From the IMG/VR virus record IMGVR_UViG_2974664081_000001, positions 1 to 64,000 of that record: a stretch of 64,000 nucleotides of DNA. One strand, 5' to 3'. This document shows, one piece after another, positions 54,627 to 64,000 of the stretch (position 1 is the stretch's first letter; every line of letters begins with the position of its first letter). The DNA is from a virus. Its lineage: Duplodnaviria > Caudoviricetes. The translations under genes were made by a program, and so were the position numbers. Under the pieces are notes generated by a model. That model was not told the origin of the DNA and searched no databases. It saw only the letters and a program-made list of their open reading frames with translations.

Positions 54627-57302
54627 TCAAGGGAGTTGAGTAGTGATTGACGCTTCCGTGAATGAGGAAATCAGGCCATTGGTGATATCGGCAATGTCAG
54701 TGCCGGTCATCAATGTACGCTGCATGAAAGTCTCCAAATTCTCGTACACATAGTCTACACGGGCAGACTCTGACAGTGCAGAGATGTCAATGGTGGCCTT
54801 GTTGAAGCCAAGGTTTTCAGACCATGCGTTATAGATCTCCATCATCTTGTCTTTGTAGTCAGTCTGGAGTTTTTCGATCTTGTCTTGGATCTCGTCGATT
54901 TTCCCTTGGACTGCTACGGAGTAGCCTTTACCAGCTGCCACAGTGGCCTTGGTCAAGTTCACTGCCGAAGTCATGTTCTGCAAGCCTTGCATGGCCGTAC
55001 CACCGTTGGCCAACGAAGTACCCATCGACAGGGCTGCCACACCAGCAATGGCACCGACAATGGCACCCACTTCTGGACCCAACAGAGCTACCGAGGCTTG
55101 CATGATCAGCTGGGCAATCAGCATCCCAGCGAGTGCGTTGATAGCTGCACCGGCAATGATGGCTGCCGTACCGGCCAGACCAATCGAAGCGCCCACCGAA
55201 GCAGCCGTACCCAGTACACCTGCACCGGCTGGAGCAGCACCACCCCACGTCACAATGGTGATGATGATCACAGCTACGATCAGTACCACCTTGAACCATG
55301 TCGAGGTGTACCACTTCTTCTTCACCACCTTGTAGGAGTTCAGCACCATGTAAGCCGCTGCGTTACCCATCTGGGTAGCGTCTTTCAACGACATGGAACG
55401 GAACACGCCTTCATGCAGGGGAATCAGGAACCCGGATTCTTCTGGGTCATTCAGGGCGTCTGGCCCATGAATGTCTACACCTTTTCCTCCGTAGATCATG
55501 TAGTTATGCCAGAGACCGGACACTGCCATGACCCGGTAGGAATCAGCTTTGTCCTGCCAGTACATCAGAATCGTGTTGTCATTGAATTCCCGATCACCGG
55601 TAATACCCCCAGAAATCAGGATTTCTTTGTAGGTGGAGGCACTAGCCACAGTGAACCAAGTGTTACCAACCTTGGCCCCAGGCTTACCCAGACCGGGGAT
55701 GATCGATTCGGTAATGCTGGTGTAGTTCAAGTTCATGTTGAAGTTGAACTGATCCGACCGGCAGGTAAGACGCCGATACGGTGCATCAGGATAAGTAGCC
55801 CGAGGCGGTTCATCTGTACCGAACAACGGATCCAGTGGATTGGACTGAGCATCCCGCCATTCCACCCAACGTTCCTGCTTCAAATTCTCCTGCTGCCACT
55901 TGACCTTCCAAGCTTGGTACTCGGCATCACCTGTCTGGCCGTATTGGTTCAGCAGCTGGAAGAACTTGTAGATGTACTTCCGGGCAGCATTTTCCTTGGT
56001 ATTCAAGGACGTACCAAACACACAGTAAGCAAAGTCGATGTCTCCGAGAGACTCGCTGGATTCCAGCTGGTCCACAAGGAAACTGAACTTCTTGTCGAAT
56101 ACCCGCTTCACTGCCTTCTTGTTCCAAGGCAGCTGGTCGGGCATGTACTCCTCACTGATGAAGTTGTTCCAGATCCGCACCGGGATAAACGGGAAGAACT
56201 CACCCATGTTCTGGGGGGTGTCGAACATGGCATCGTAGGCAGCATTGCCATCACCCTTCTTGTAGATCACCACCTTGAGGGGGGTCCACGAAGACACGGT
56301 GATTTCCTGCTCGTCCTCTTTGTAGCTGTAGGTGTGCCCAACCGACTGCACAGCATCGGTTACGGTAGTGGTCTTGGTGACGCCACCGGGCAAAGTTTCG
56401 CTAGACGAAGTAGTGGTGGTGTTGGTCACCGTGCCCACGACATCTTTGATGGTGGTGTAGTACAAGGTGTCCGTCACCTTGGAACCAAGGAAACTCAGTC
56501 CGTTATGGACCAGCTTGGTGTACACCGTGGTCACATTGTCCGCAGACTCTGTATGGGGCGTATTGACCGTGCTGGTCTCATTGGGCCGGCCATCGCTGTA
56601 GCTGACGACAGTGGTTTTCACGTCGTTCATGCTCAGCGAGACAGGTGTAACCACATGGCTGGACACATCCCAATCAGACACATCTGGAAGATCGTCAGGG
56701 TCTGAAACAATGATCTCAGCCCCTTCCTCAATAGGTCCGGGGACCTGGCCCTGAGTCAGCATGTAGCTGAAATACAGATACTGAGCCTGTGGATCAAAAT
56801 TCACAGGCTGGAAAGAATAGACCCGCCCATCAGAGGCAAAGGTCATGGTGACGGTATCGGTCAGCTCATCAAAGTCGATCTCGTAATCATCATCAACTTC
56901 GCTTGGATGGTTTTCCAGCATCCATTGGTCCACCCAGAAGCCATAATCAGCCAGCCCAACTTCAGCAGTCTGAATGGACACATCGAAGCCGGGCGCCGGA
57001 ACAATACTGGCAGCCAGTACATCGTGGTCGATGTTGGCCCCAATATTGATCCGGGCAGACTGAAGCCCTAGCTGGGCATTGTAGCCTTGGTTCCGTGCCC
57101 ACCGAGCAAAGCCACGATAACGAATTCCCGTTCCCTTGATCAGTGCATCCTGAATGGTCTCCCCCATCGAAGCATTGTTGTGAGAGATCACTTTGGTGGC
57201 GATCACTGTAGGGAGAAACTGCACCCGGTTTTCGATATCCCCAGCCAAGTTGTACATGCTGGAGCTGACGTAAACCTTCTTCTTCGAACTGAAGAGACCC
57301 AT
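54627..57302 (-). CDS. N4 gp53-like virion protein with C-terminal hydrophobic segments
   Basis: MGLFSSKKKVYVSS start; KKKWYTSTWFKVVLIV then Gly/Ala-rich TM region. Confidence 0.82.
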   Translation of the reverse strand: MGLFSSKKKVYVSSSMYNLAGDIENRVQFLPTVIATKVISHNNASMGETIQDALIKGTGIRYRGFARWARNQGYNAQLGLQSARINIGANIDHDVLAASIVPAPGFDVSIQTAEVGLADYGFWVDQWMLENHPSEVDDDYEIDFDELTDTVTMTFASDGRVYSFQPVNFDPQAQYLYFSYMLTQGQVPGPIEEGAEIIVSDPDDLPDVSDWDVSSHVVTPVSLSMNDVKTTVVSYSDGRPNETSTVNTPHTESADNVTTVYTKLVHNGLSFLGSKVTDTLYYTTIKDVVGTVTNTTTTSSSETLPGGVTKTTTVTDAVQSVGHTYSYKEDEQEITVSSWTPLKVVIYKKGDGNAAYDAMFDTPQNMGEFFPFIPVRIWNNFISEEYMPDQLPWNKKAVKRVFDKKFSFLVDQLESSESLGDIDFAYCVFGTSLNTKENAARKYIYKFFQLLNQYGQTGDAEYQAWKVKWQQENLKQERWVEWRDAQSNPLDPLFGTDEPPRATYPDAPYRRLTCRSDQFNFNMNLNYTSITESIIPGLGKPGAKVGNTWFTVASASTYKEILISGGITGDREFNDNTILMYWQDKADSYRVMAVSGLWHNYMIYGGKGVDIHGPDALNDPEESGFLIPLHEGVFRSMSLKDATQMGNAAAYMVLNSYKVVKKKWYTSTWFKVVLIVAVIIITIVTWGGAAPAGAGVLGTAASVGASIGLAGTAAIIAGAAINALAGMLIAQLIMQASVALLGPEVGAIVGAIAGVAALSMGTSLANGGTAMQGLQNMTSAVNLTKATVAAGKGYSVAVQGKIDEIQDKIEKLQTDYKDKMMEIYNAWSENLGFNKATIDISALSESARVDYVYENLETFMQRTLMTGTDIADITNGLISSFTEASITTQLP

Positions 57303-57307
57303 TCAGA

Positions 57308-58255
57308 TTACCCGAGGTTGTTGTTGGTACGCACAGTCTGGAGCACTGCGTTGACGTTGGTATTGGTGAAGGTATCTGGTGGCACCAGACCTTCGTCAAT
57401 CGTCTTCTGCGTGATCCAAGCATCCGACCAGATACGGGCAGCTTTCAGTTCAGAATCTCGCTGGTAGCTGGTGATCTGCTGGCTGTACAGGGCTTTCTGT
57501 TTGCCCAGTACACCCGTTACAGCCGTACCATCCACACGAGTATCCAGAGTCTGAGCACGTTGTGCCTCGGTCTGTTCTTTCAGCATGTTGCCTTGGTAGC
57601 CCAAGTTCTCGACTTCTTTTGGCAGTCGAGTGGTGAGATTGTAAGTTGCCGTGTCATTGGCAATCAGCTGACCATCTTTTTGTGCGGTGTTTAACAGCAG
57701 CTGCATTGGCAGCATCTGAGTCAGATTGAACTGGGCAATGCAGTAATTCACCGACTCGGTGGCCAGACGCATCTTGGTCAAAGCGTAATTGGCCTTTTGG
57801 TTCAGAGCTTCTAGCTGAATGGATGCCAGCTGGACTTTGGCAGTTTCCATCTGGACTCGGGCAGTAATGGCCTGAATCTGGGCAGTCTGTGCCTGCCAGA
57901 ATGCACTGTCTTTGTTCAGAAGAAACTGAACAGCATTGCTCATTGCACCCTCGAAAGCTGCAATGTAAGCCTTGGTGTATTCAGCCCCTGCAATACGGCC
58001 CTTATCAAATTGACGCTCAAGGTGAGCACCGATAGATGTCATTAAACCGTCAAACACACCAGTGCCATCAACTGCACGGGTAGTCAGGTCATCAACGGTA
58101 AGTGGCTTGATTTCCTGATACATGGCACCAGTGCCGTCATCAGGGAACTTGAAAACATCACTGTTAAAATCGACTTCGGGAATGGTGAAGTCATTGTCTG
58201 TGGTGAGCGATTGGATCAGCTCATTGGCTTCGATATCAGCACCGCAACCGGCCAT
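57308..58255 (-). CDS. Structural protein (N4 gp54-like)
   Basis: GTGVFDGLM, GRIAGAEYTKAY, DAWITQKT; synteny. Confidence 0.8.
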   Translation of the reverse strand: MAGCGADIEANELIQSLTTDNDFTIPEVDFNSDVFKFPDDGTGAMYQEIKPLTVDDLTTRAVDGTGVFDGLMTSIGAHLERQFDKGRIAGAEYTKAYIAAFEGAMSNAVQFLLNKDSAFWQAQTAQIQAITARVQMETAKVQLASIQLEALNQKANYALTKMRLATESVNYCIAQFNLTQMLPMQLLLNTAQKDGQLIANDTATYNLTTRLPKEVENLGYQGNMLKEQTEAQRAQTLDTRVDGTAVTGVLGKQKALYSQQITSYQRDSELKAARIWSDAWITQKTIDEGLVPPDTFTNTNVNAVLQTVRTNNNLG

Positions 58256-58278
58256 CTGGAATCCCTCTGAGTAAAGTA

Positions 58279-58308
58279 AAACGGCCCGAGGATAACCAAC
58301 GGGCCGTC
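58279..58308 (-). terminator. Probable terminator
   Basis: ACGGCCCG...CGGGCCGT followed by TTT on the minus strand. Confidence 0.65.
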
Positions 58309-58326
58309 TTCATTGCGTCTAGTCTA

Positions 58327-58953
58327 TCAGCCGATGGAGCCAGCCGCTGCTTGTGCAGCTGCCAGAGTGGCCAGTTCTTTTTCGGTCAGTGGTTCCAACA
58401 CTTCCAGCGAGAACTCACGAACCCAACGCTGACTGACTTCTTGTTGGCCGGTGGCCTTGTTACGCCACGTTTTGATTTCGAGGAACTTGCGCTTGTCCAG
58501 CATCTTGTAGATGCAGTAAGGGACGTGGTAGCCCTCGTCAGTGTCTTCACCATACGGTACGAACTTGCGGACAGTGCCGAGGAACTCGTTCGCTACGGTG
58601 AAGATCTCGCCCTTGAGATCTTTCTTTTTCGGGTCGAGGTTGGTGATGCGCAGTCGCACCAGTTTCATGTTCTCGTCGATCAGGTGCTGACGAAGGCTCT
58701 TGGTTTTCACCGGAGCTTCAGCTTCCTGAGCGGTTTGACCGATCAGGGGATTGGCCTGAGTGGTCTGGGATTCTTGGTTCTGAGCACTTTCCAGTTCAGC
58801 TTGCTTGGTAGCAATGCGTTCACGGAGGGTCTCGACACCGATGTTAGGGCTGAACGAAATGCCCAGCAGGGTGGCACGTTGTTTCAGCAAGTCCAGCTCG
58901 GAGACTTGTTGTTCTTCGGCGGACAGTTCGTTTTGAGTGTTGTCGTCGGACAT
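58327..58953 (-). CDS. N4 gp55-like protein
   Basis: LKQRATLLGISFSPNIG, RITNLDPKKKDLKGEIFTVAN; synteny. Confidence 0.8.
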   Translation of the reverse strand: MSDDNTQNELSAEEQQVSELDLLKQRATLLGISFSPNIGVETLRERIATKQAELESAQNQESQTTQANPLIGQTAQEAEAPVKTKSLRQHLIDENMKLVRLRITNLDPKKKDLKGEIFTVANEFLGTVRKFVPYGEDTDEGYHVPYCIYKMLDKRKFLEIKTWRNKATGQQEVSQRWVREFSLEVLEPLTEKELATLAAAQAAAGSIG

Positions 58954-59023
58954 TGCTTTTGTTCCTTGAGATTCAGATTTGGAACCAAGGGGGATTACTC
59001 CCCCTCAGTGGGCCAGCCTGTAA

Positions 59024-60253
59024 TTAGACTGGTGCAACGGTCTTGATGATGGCCAGACGTTCAGCACGTTTGATCAGGATACCGTAGTACCACTTGATCG
59101 AGCTGAAGCCGGTTTCACCGTATGGATCGTTACGGTCAGCAGTGGCGTTGCCCGGCATCTTGGTGATGATGGTGAACTTGACGGTCTTGCCATCGGTTTG
59201 GAAACCGATGGTGGAGAAGGCGTCGTCACCAACCACGAGGATCGGGAATACGTCATAACGCTCGGTGCCACCAACGGTGGTCGAGTGGAAGCCGGGGTTG
59301 TCGGTCACAGCGGCACCAGCACCAGCCCAGTGCAGCATTTCTGGCACTTGAATGAAACGGATGGCGTCGATAGAGCCGATCTCGCCGTTCAGGATGGTGC
59401 CTGCGTCGGCGTAGTGCTGAACTTCGATGAAGGCCTTGTTACCGAACAGGTCGGTCATGGCTTTCAGTTGAGGAACGACAGCCGAACCAACGTAGGCAAT
59501 ACGGCCAGCCGGGATCACCTTGGTGTCGGTTTTCAGCGAACCGGTGATGATGCGGGTCTGACGCGGAGTGCGGTTGTCGGTCAGGATCTGGTCCAGACGC
59601 ATCAGGTTCTTGTAGCTGACGATGGACGCCGGGATCTCTGGGTTACCACCACCAGCAGGGGTGACTTCACCGGTGATCTCGTCATCCGAGGTAGCAGCAC
59701 CGGCGTACAGCACAGTACCGGCACCAGCCAGCAGGTCTTTTTGCAGAACAGCTTCGGTCAGTTGAACAGCACCGTTGAGCAGTTCACGGGACAGATGGTC
59801 TTTCAGGCCATCGTCCGAGTCGAAGTCCAGCGACTCCTGGGTGAACTCGGTGAAGAAGCCGAACTTGTGCAGGGAACCTTCCAGCTCGACACGGGTGAAA
59901 CCAACACGGTTCACACGGCCACCGTTCTCGGTCAGCACTGGCAGTTTGCCGACGATGGTGCCCACGTCACGGCTGGAACCATAGAGGTTACCGTTGGCGA
60001 TGGTGACACCGTTGGCGTCGATGCCTTGGTCGTTGACGTTACGGTCATCCAGCAGTGGGATGTACTCGTAGACCTTCACTGCCTTGCCGTAGTGTTTCGG
60101 CATGTTGATGGCGTTGGCCAGTGGCATGAAGAACTGTTCCTTACGACTTTCGATCAAGGCTTTCTTGATCCAGAAGAAGGTGTTCATCTGGTCAGAGTTG
60201 GCGCCGTCGATAGACGACTTCTGACCTTCTTTTGGAGCGTTGTAGTTCAGCAT
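59024..60253 (-). CDS. Major capsid protein (N4 gp56-like)
   Basis: [44 protein letters not shown]. Confidence 0.95.
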   Translation of the reverse strand: MLNYNAPKEGQKSSIDGANSDQMNTFFWIKKALIESRKEQFFMPLANAINMPKHYGKAVKVYEYIPLLDDRNVNDQGIDANGVTIANGNLYGSSRDVGTIVGKLPVLTENGGRVNRVGFTRVELEGSLHKFGFFTEFTQESLDFDSDDGLKDHLSRELLNGAVQLTEAVLQKDLLAGAGTVLYAGAATSDDEITGEVTPAGGGNPEIPASIVSYKNLMRLDQILTDNRTPRQTRIITGSLKTDTKVIPAGRIAYVGSAVVPQLKAMTDLFGNKAFIEVQHYADAGTILNGEIGSIDAIRFIQVPEMLHWAGAGAAVTDNPGFHSTTVGGTERYDVFPILVVGDDAFSTIGFQTDGKTVKFTIITKMPGNATADRNDPYGETGFSSIKWYYGILIKRAERLAIIKTVAPV

Positions 60254-60265
60254 TGGCAATTACCC

Positions 60266-61471
60266 TTAGAGGCGACCATTCATGTACTTCAGGAAGTCCT
60301 CATCCTTCATGGCGAGAGGATTGACGATCTCCTGAGCTTTCTTGGGTGCTGCTTGAGTTGGACTCGCAGCAGCAGCCTTATCACTGTGAACAACTGGTGC
60401 CTTGGGTGCAGCAACACGAGTGTCCACTTGAACAGGCGGAGTTTGAGCAGGTGGCTGTTGTTTTTCAACAGCGGCATTCAACTTGCCGCCTTGAGCCAAC
60501 TGATCCCCTACTTGCTTATAAGCTTGCAGGAAAGATACTGATTGCGGGATCTGCCCAAGAGCACGCTGACGATCAACTTCAGCTGTGATGAGGTCATAGA
60601 CGCCCAGTTCACGTTGCTGGTGCATGATCGAAAGGATTTCCGGGTTTTGCCCAAGCATCTCCTTACTGGCCTGATCCCAAGTGGTGTGGATTGCTTGGAG
60701 GGTTTTTAGACCTTCTTCGCTACCCTGCAAATCGCGTAGGGTTTCGTTGAAGTTCACCTCTGCATCCGAGACTCGGTGATTGCCTTGCTGGTATGCCGGT
60801 TCCGTACTGATGTCCAGATCCAAAGGATCCAGACCGGAGTCTTTCAGCAACTTCTTGATGGCTTCCGGGTTCTTGTTCTTCAAGTCAATGAGGAACGAGA
60901 GTTGCCCTTCGTCCAGCAGTTCGTTGTTCTCCAACATCTGCAAGTATTTACGCTTTGGCGCAAGCTCCTGCATCTTGCGGGTGTAATTCGCACCCATCTG
61001 AGCCAACTGGATCAGCTCTTCCGGGGAACGGATTTCAATGTTTTTGCCGTTGGCTCGGAGAGGGGCCATCAAGCGCTTGTACAGTTCCTCGTAATTCGGA
61101 GGAGTCTCCGCCTGTTCAGGCTGCTTCTCAGGCTGTTGGGTAACACCCTTGTCCTTGTCGGCAGCAGCTGGTTGCTGTTCTTTGCCCGACTGGGCATCGG
61201 TGACAGCAGCAGGTTGGGCAGGCTCTTCTTTATTAACAGGCTGTGCAGGTTGCTTGTTGGCTTTGTCCTCTTCGGACTCTTCGGTTACAGCTGGTTGCTG
61301 TTGTTGCACCTGCTCCGTTTGAGCCACTGGCTCTGGAGTAGGGGCAGGTTGTTGGCCCTCTTCAGTGGTAGCAGCCCCCTCAACCGAGGGGGCCTCCACG
61401 ACTGGAGGTTCCATCTTCAGGAAGTCCTCATCGGACATTCCCAGAATTTCTTCACCAGTCTGAGCGCCCAT
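60266..61471 (-). CDS. N4 gp57-like protein (possible scaffold)
   Basis: MSDEDFL repeated at both ends; QMGANYTRKMQ; upstream of capsid. Confidence 0.8.
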   Translation of the reverse strand: MGAQTGEEILGMSDEDFLKMEPPVVEAPSVEGAATTEEGQQPAPTPEPVAQTEQVQQQQPAVTEESEEDKANKQPAQPVNKEEPAQPAAVTDAQSGKEQQPAAADKDKGVTQQPEKQPEQAETPPNYEELYKRLMAPLRANGKNIEIRSPEELIQLAQMGANYTRKMQELAPKRKYLQMLENNELLDEGQLSFLIDLKNKNPEAIKKLLKDSGLDPLDLDISTEPAYQQGNHRVSDAEVNFNETLRDLQGSEEGLKTLQAIHTTWDQASKEMLGQNPEILSIMHQQRELGVYDLITAEVDRQRALGQIPQSVSFLQAYKQVGDQLAQGGKLNAAVEKQQPPAQTPPVQVDTRVAAPKAPVVHSDKAAAASPTQAAPKKAQEIVNPLAMKDEDFLKYMNGRL

Positions 61472-61818
61472 TAGTCATCAGCCTCCTGCGAGCGGATGTC
61501 GTCTTTCTCACGTTCGATGTCAGGGATCTGGGATTCAGCATGGTTGCCCATGGTGACCATCACCGACAGGAAACGTTTCAGATGACCTGCGGCTTGGGCG
61601 ATTGCCAGAGCATCAGCCCGGCTTGCAGGATCCAGTGCTGGATCAGCGGAACAATGAACGTAACGCGCACATTCATGAACCAAGAACTGCTCGTTGATCA
61701 CCTTGATGAAGTCACGGTTCTTCTGGAGACGAAGAACAGCATCACGAAGGGAGACATGAACACGAGAGGCGTCCAGTTGGGCATCCAGAGCTTTCAGTTG
61801 GCGTTCGACTTCAGACAT
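61471..61818 (-). CDS. N4 gp58-like protein
   Basis: 115 aa between portal and gp57-like gene. Confidence 0.78.
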   Translation of the reverse strand: MSEVERQLKALDAQLDASRVHVSLRDAVLRLQKNRDFIKVINEQFLVHECARYVHCSADPALDPASRADALAIAQAAGHLKRFLSVMVTMGNHAESQIPDIEREKDDIRSQEADD

Positions 61819-61832
61819 AGCTGATTGGTCCT

Positions 61833-64000
61833 TTACAGATTGTTTGCAGGATTGAGAGCCGGATCTTGGCTCGGATTAAACTGTTGCGACCGAAGATTCA
61901 GTGCAGGATCTCCAGCGGCATCAATATCTCGCTGAATCATACTAGCACCACCAAGTCCCGGTCCAGCTTCATTCATCTTATCACTAACTTGGTTGAAGCC
62001 TACAGCAGCAGCAATGTCTGGAGCTTTCTCACCTTCCTTGGTTGGAGTAGTGAGTGCTTTGGTGACTTGAAGGTTCTGGTTACCTTGAGACTGAGCTTTT
62101 TGTTTCTCCATCTCACGGGCATGTTTGGTCCCAGACTCTTGCTCAACGTAGTCAAGGTTCTTGAGATCCTTGGATGCACGAGCTTCTTCTGCTTTGGCTT
62201 GGTTCAGCTCTACTTCAGATTGCAGCTTTTGGTTTTCCAGCTCAGCTTTCTGAATGGCCAGCTCTTGCAGACGTTGCTGTTCAGGGGTTGGCTGTGGACG
62301 GAACTTGCGGATCTTCTCAGCGAGTTCAGGCATACGCTTGAGATCAGCGATCTCAGCCAGAATCAACATGGCCATGCCAGGATCCGAATTTGGACCCAAG
62401 GTCTGAAGCATGAAGGCCAGATCCTGAGACTTGGCATTATCCACTTCAGCAGTCGAGATATCGGTAATCAGGTCAAAATTACCGACCAGATCTTCTCGAC
62501 GAACCGTGACAAATTCTTGGTTGGTGACGCGGATGACTTCCTCTTCAGACAGGAAGACAGCGTTCATCGAGATGATCTTCTCACCGACATCGCACATGCC
62601 TTTGGCCAGACGACGAAGGATTGCCATCTCACGCTTGGAAGCGGCGTCCAGCACACCACGGATACCAGCGGCTACATCACCATAAGCTTCACCACTCAAG
62701 CCACCCGAGAACGACTTCACCCCAGTGAGAGATTCAGCTTCTTGGTTGTGCAGGTTCAGCATCATCAGTGCTGATTGAGGAATCTCTGGGTACTTATGCT
62801 GAATGATGCCTACAGCTGGGTTTTGGTTTGGGTTGTACTCATAGTCCTGCCCGTTGTCATATCGACGTCGGTTCAGGGCATCCAGCATGCCTTTAGGCAT
62901 ACCTTCTTGGGAGTTGGCCGAGCGGCCCATCAGGTCCAGCATGCCACGGGTCAGAGCACCCAGAATTTTCTGGGAATCTTCCAGCAACTCAGCATCGGTT
63001 TCCCCGTACAGGTCACGCTTGACCGGCAGGTACGGGATTACCACGAATGGCAGCTTACCGTCTGGAAAGGGGTTTTCTTCCAGACGGATCATCACATCTC
63101 CGATCCAAGTACACACAATCGGCGTCAGCTTGCCGTCACCAGTGATGTCTTGGAAACCCCAATACTCATAGGCCACAACCTTCTTGCGAAGGCCATCGGC
63201 AAAGTTGAAGTCGTTGGGGGTAGTGGTCAGATGATCAGGCTCACCCAGTGGGGTGGCACCTTCCCAGTTGACGAACTCAAGGTTCTTGTAGCGTTTTGGT
63301 TCCTTAAGCAGATCAGCTTTGCTGGTCTCGAAGGACACCACTGCGAACATGGCCTTGTTGATATCGCCACAGCAGGAAGGATCGATTACCACGTTGTTGG
63401 GATTCATCACCTCCACCAACGGACGGTTCTCCAGCACCTTTTCGGTGGGAACCATTTGGGTTCCGGTCTGCTGGGCGAAGACTGCCTGGCCGGTCTCCTT
63501 ATAGTAGGTGACTGCCTGCTTGATCTCTTCAGGCGTGTTCTCGTCGAAGTGACGACGATCAGCCTCAAAAGCTTCCAGTGCTTGCTGCAACTGATCCAGC
63601 TGTTCTTGGGTCTGGATCTGGTAGAAACTGAAGACTGGAGCTTCGACATTCACCATGGTGGTAATGCGCTTCCAGCCTACTCGAAGGACCGAAGTACCTT
63701 CGTCCACGGTAGCCCGGACCATATCGTCAATCAGCTTGACCCGGTTCATCTTGGTTCGGAACTGCCAGTTCAGAACCAGATCATTCTGCCGGGCAGCTTC
63801 TGTGTCTTCGAAGGTGACTGGACCAACCTTGAACAACTTGTTGGAACCAAGGAAAGGCTCTGTCAGGGCGGAGTAACGCCATTCAGCTTGACGACGAATC
63901 AGCTTAGGCTGAACAGAAGATCGACCTTTTACCACAGGCGGTTTGGCTTTGCCTTTCACCTGCAAGAGGTCATTCCAGTGAGCGATGCGGCTCATCTGGG
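61833..64000 (-). CDS. Portal protein (N4 gp59-like), 5' end outside window
   Basis: [41 protein letters not shown]. Confidence 0.92.
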   Translation of the reverse strand, partial: QMSRIAHWNDLLQVKGKAKPPVVKGRSSVQPKLIRRQAEWRYSALTEPFLGSNKLFKVGPVTFEDTEAARQNDLVLNWQFRTKMNRVKLIDDMVRATVDEGTSVLRVGWKRITTMVNVEAPVFSFYQIQTQEQLDQLQQALEAFEADRRHFDENTPEEIKQAVTYYKETGQAVFAQQTGTQMVPTEKVLENRPLVEVMNPNNVVIDPSCCGDINKAMFAVVSFETSKADLLKEPKRYKNLEFVNWEGATPLGEPDHLTTTPNDFNFADGLRKKVVAYEYWGFQDITGDGKLTPIVCTWIGDVMIRLEENPFPDGKLPFVVIPYLPVKRDLYGETDAELLEDSQKILGALTRGMLDLMGRSANSQEGMPKGMLDALNRRRYDNGQDYEYNPNQNPAVGIIQHKYPEIPQSALMMLNLHNQEAESLTGVKSFSGGLSGEAYGDVAAGIRGVLDAASKREMAILRRLAKGMCDVGEKIISMNAVFLSEEEVIRVTNQEFVTVRREDLVGNFDLITDISTAEVDNAKSQDLAFMLQTLGPNSDPGMAMLILAEIADLKRMPELAEKIRKFRPQPTPEQQRLQELAIQKAELENQKLQSEVELNQAKAEEARASKDLKNLDYVEQESGTKHAREMEKQKAQSQGNQNLQVTKALTTPTKEGEKAPDIAAAVGFNQVSDKMNEAGPGLGGASMIQRDIDAAGDPALNLRSQQFNPSQDPALNPANNL

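Noticed and set aside
1-64000. CRISPR arrays, integrase, introns or inteins in polymerase, primase and vRNAP
   Set aside because: No spaced direct-repeat array, recombinase motif or interrupted core gene seen; core protein sizes fit uninterrupted N4-like orthologues

Overview
Most of the genome of an N4-like (Schitoviridae) lytic phage, from near the left end to the portal gene. The + strand (about 1-41.4 kb) carries early and middle genes: N4 gp1/gp2-like proteins behind two matching hairpin promoters, many small ORFs, the two-subunit RNAP II, an Ig-domain capsid decoration protein, AAA ATPases, dCTP deaminase, ThyA, rIIA/rIIB, helicase, family A DNA polymerase, primase, SSB and resolvase. 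The - strand carries three tRNAs (Asn, Asp, Gln), a 3474-aa virion RNA polymerase and the virion module (SLT-domain protein, gp52-58-like proteins, major capsid, partial portal). Terminase, tail and lysis genes are not in the window. The host is not determinable from sequence; Pseudomonas-like codon usage is only an impression. The most unusual element is a gene-free, densely structured ~360-nt segment (20832-21188) between a Cys-rich micro-protein and a TerB-like gene. It holds a perfect 23-bp inverted repeat around an 89-nt structured core, a competing upstream helix, and a CCA-ending tRNA-like RNA without a normal anticodon loop. All assignments are by eye from motifs and synteny; no database search or folding was run.
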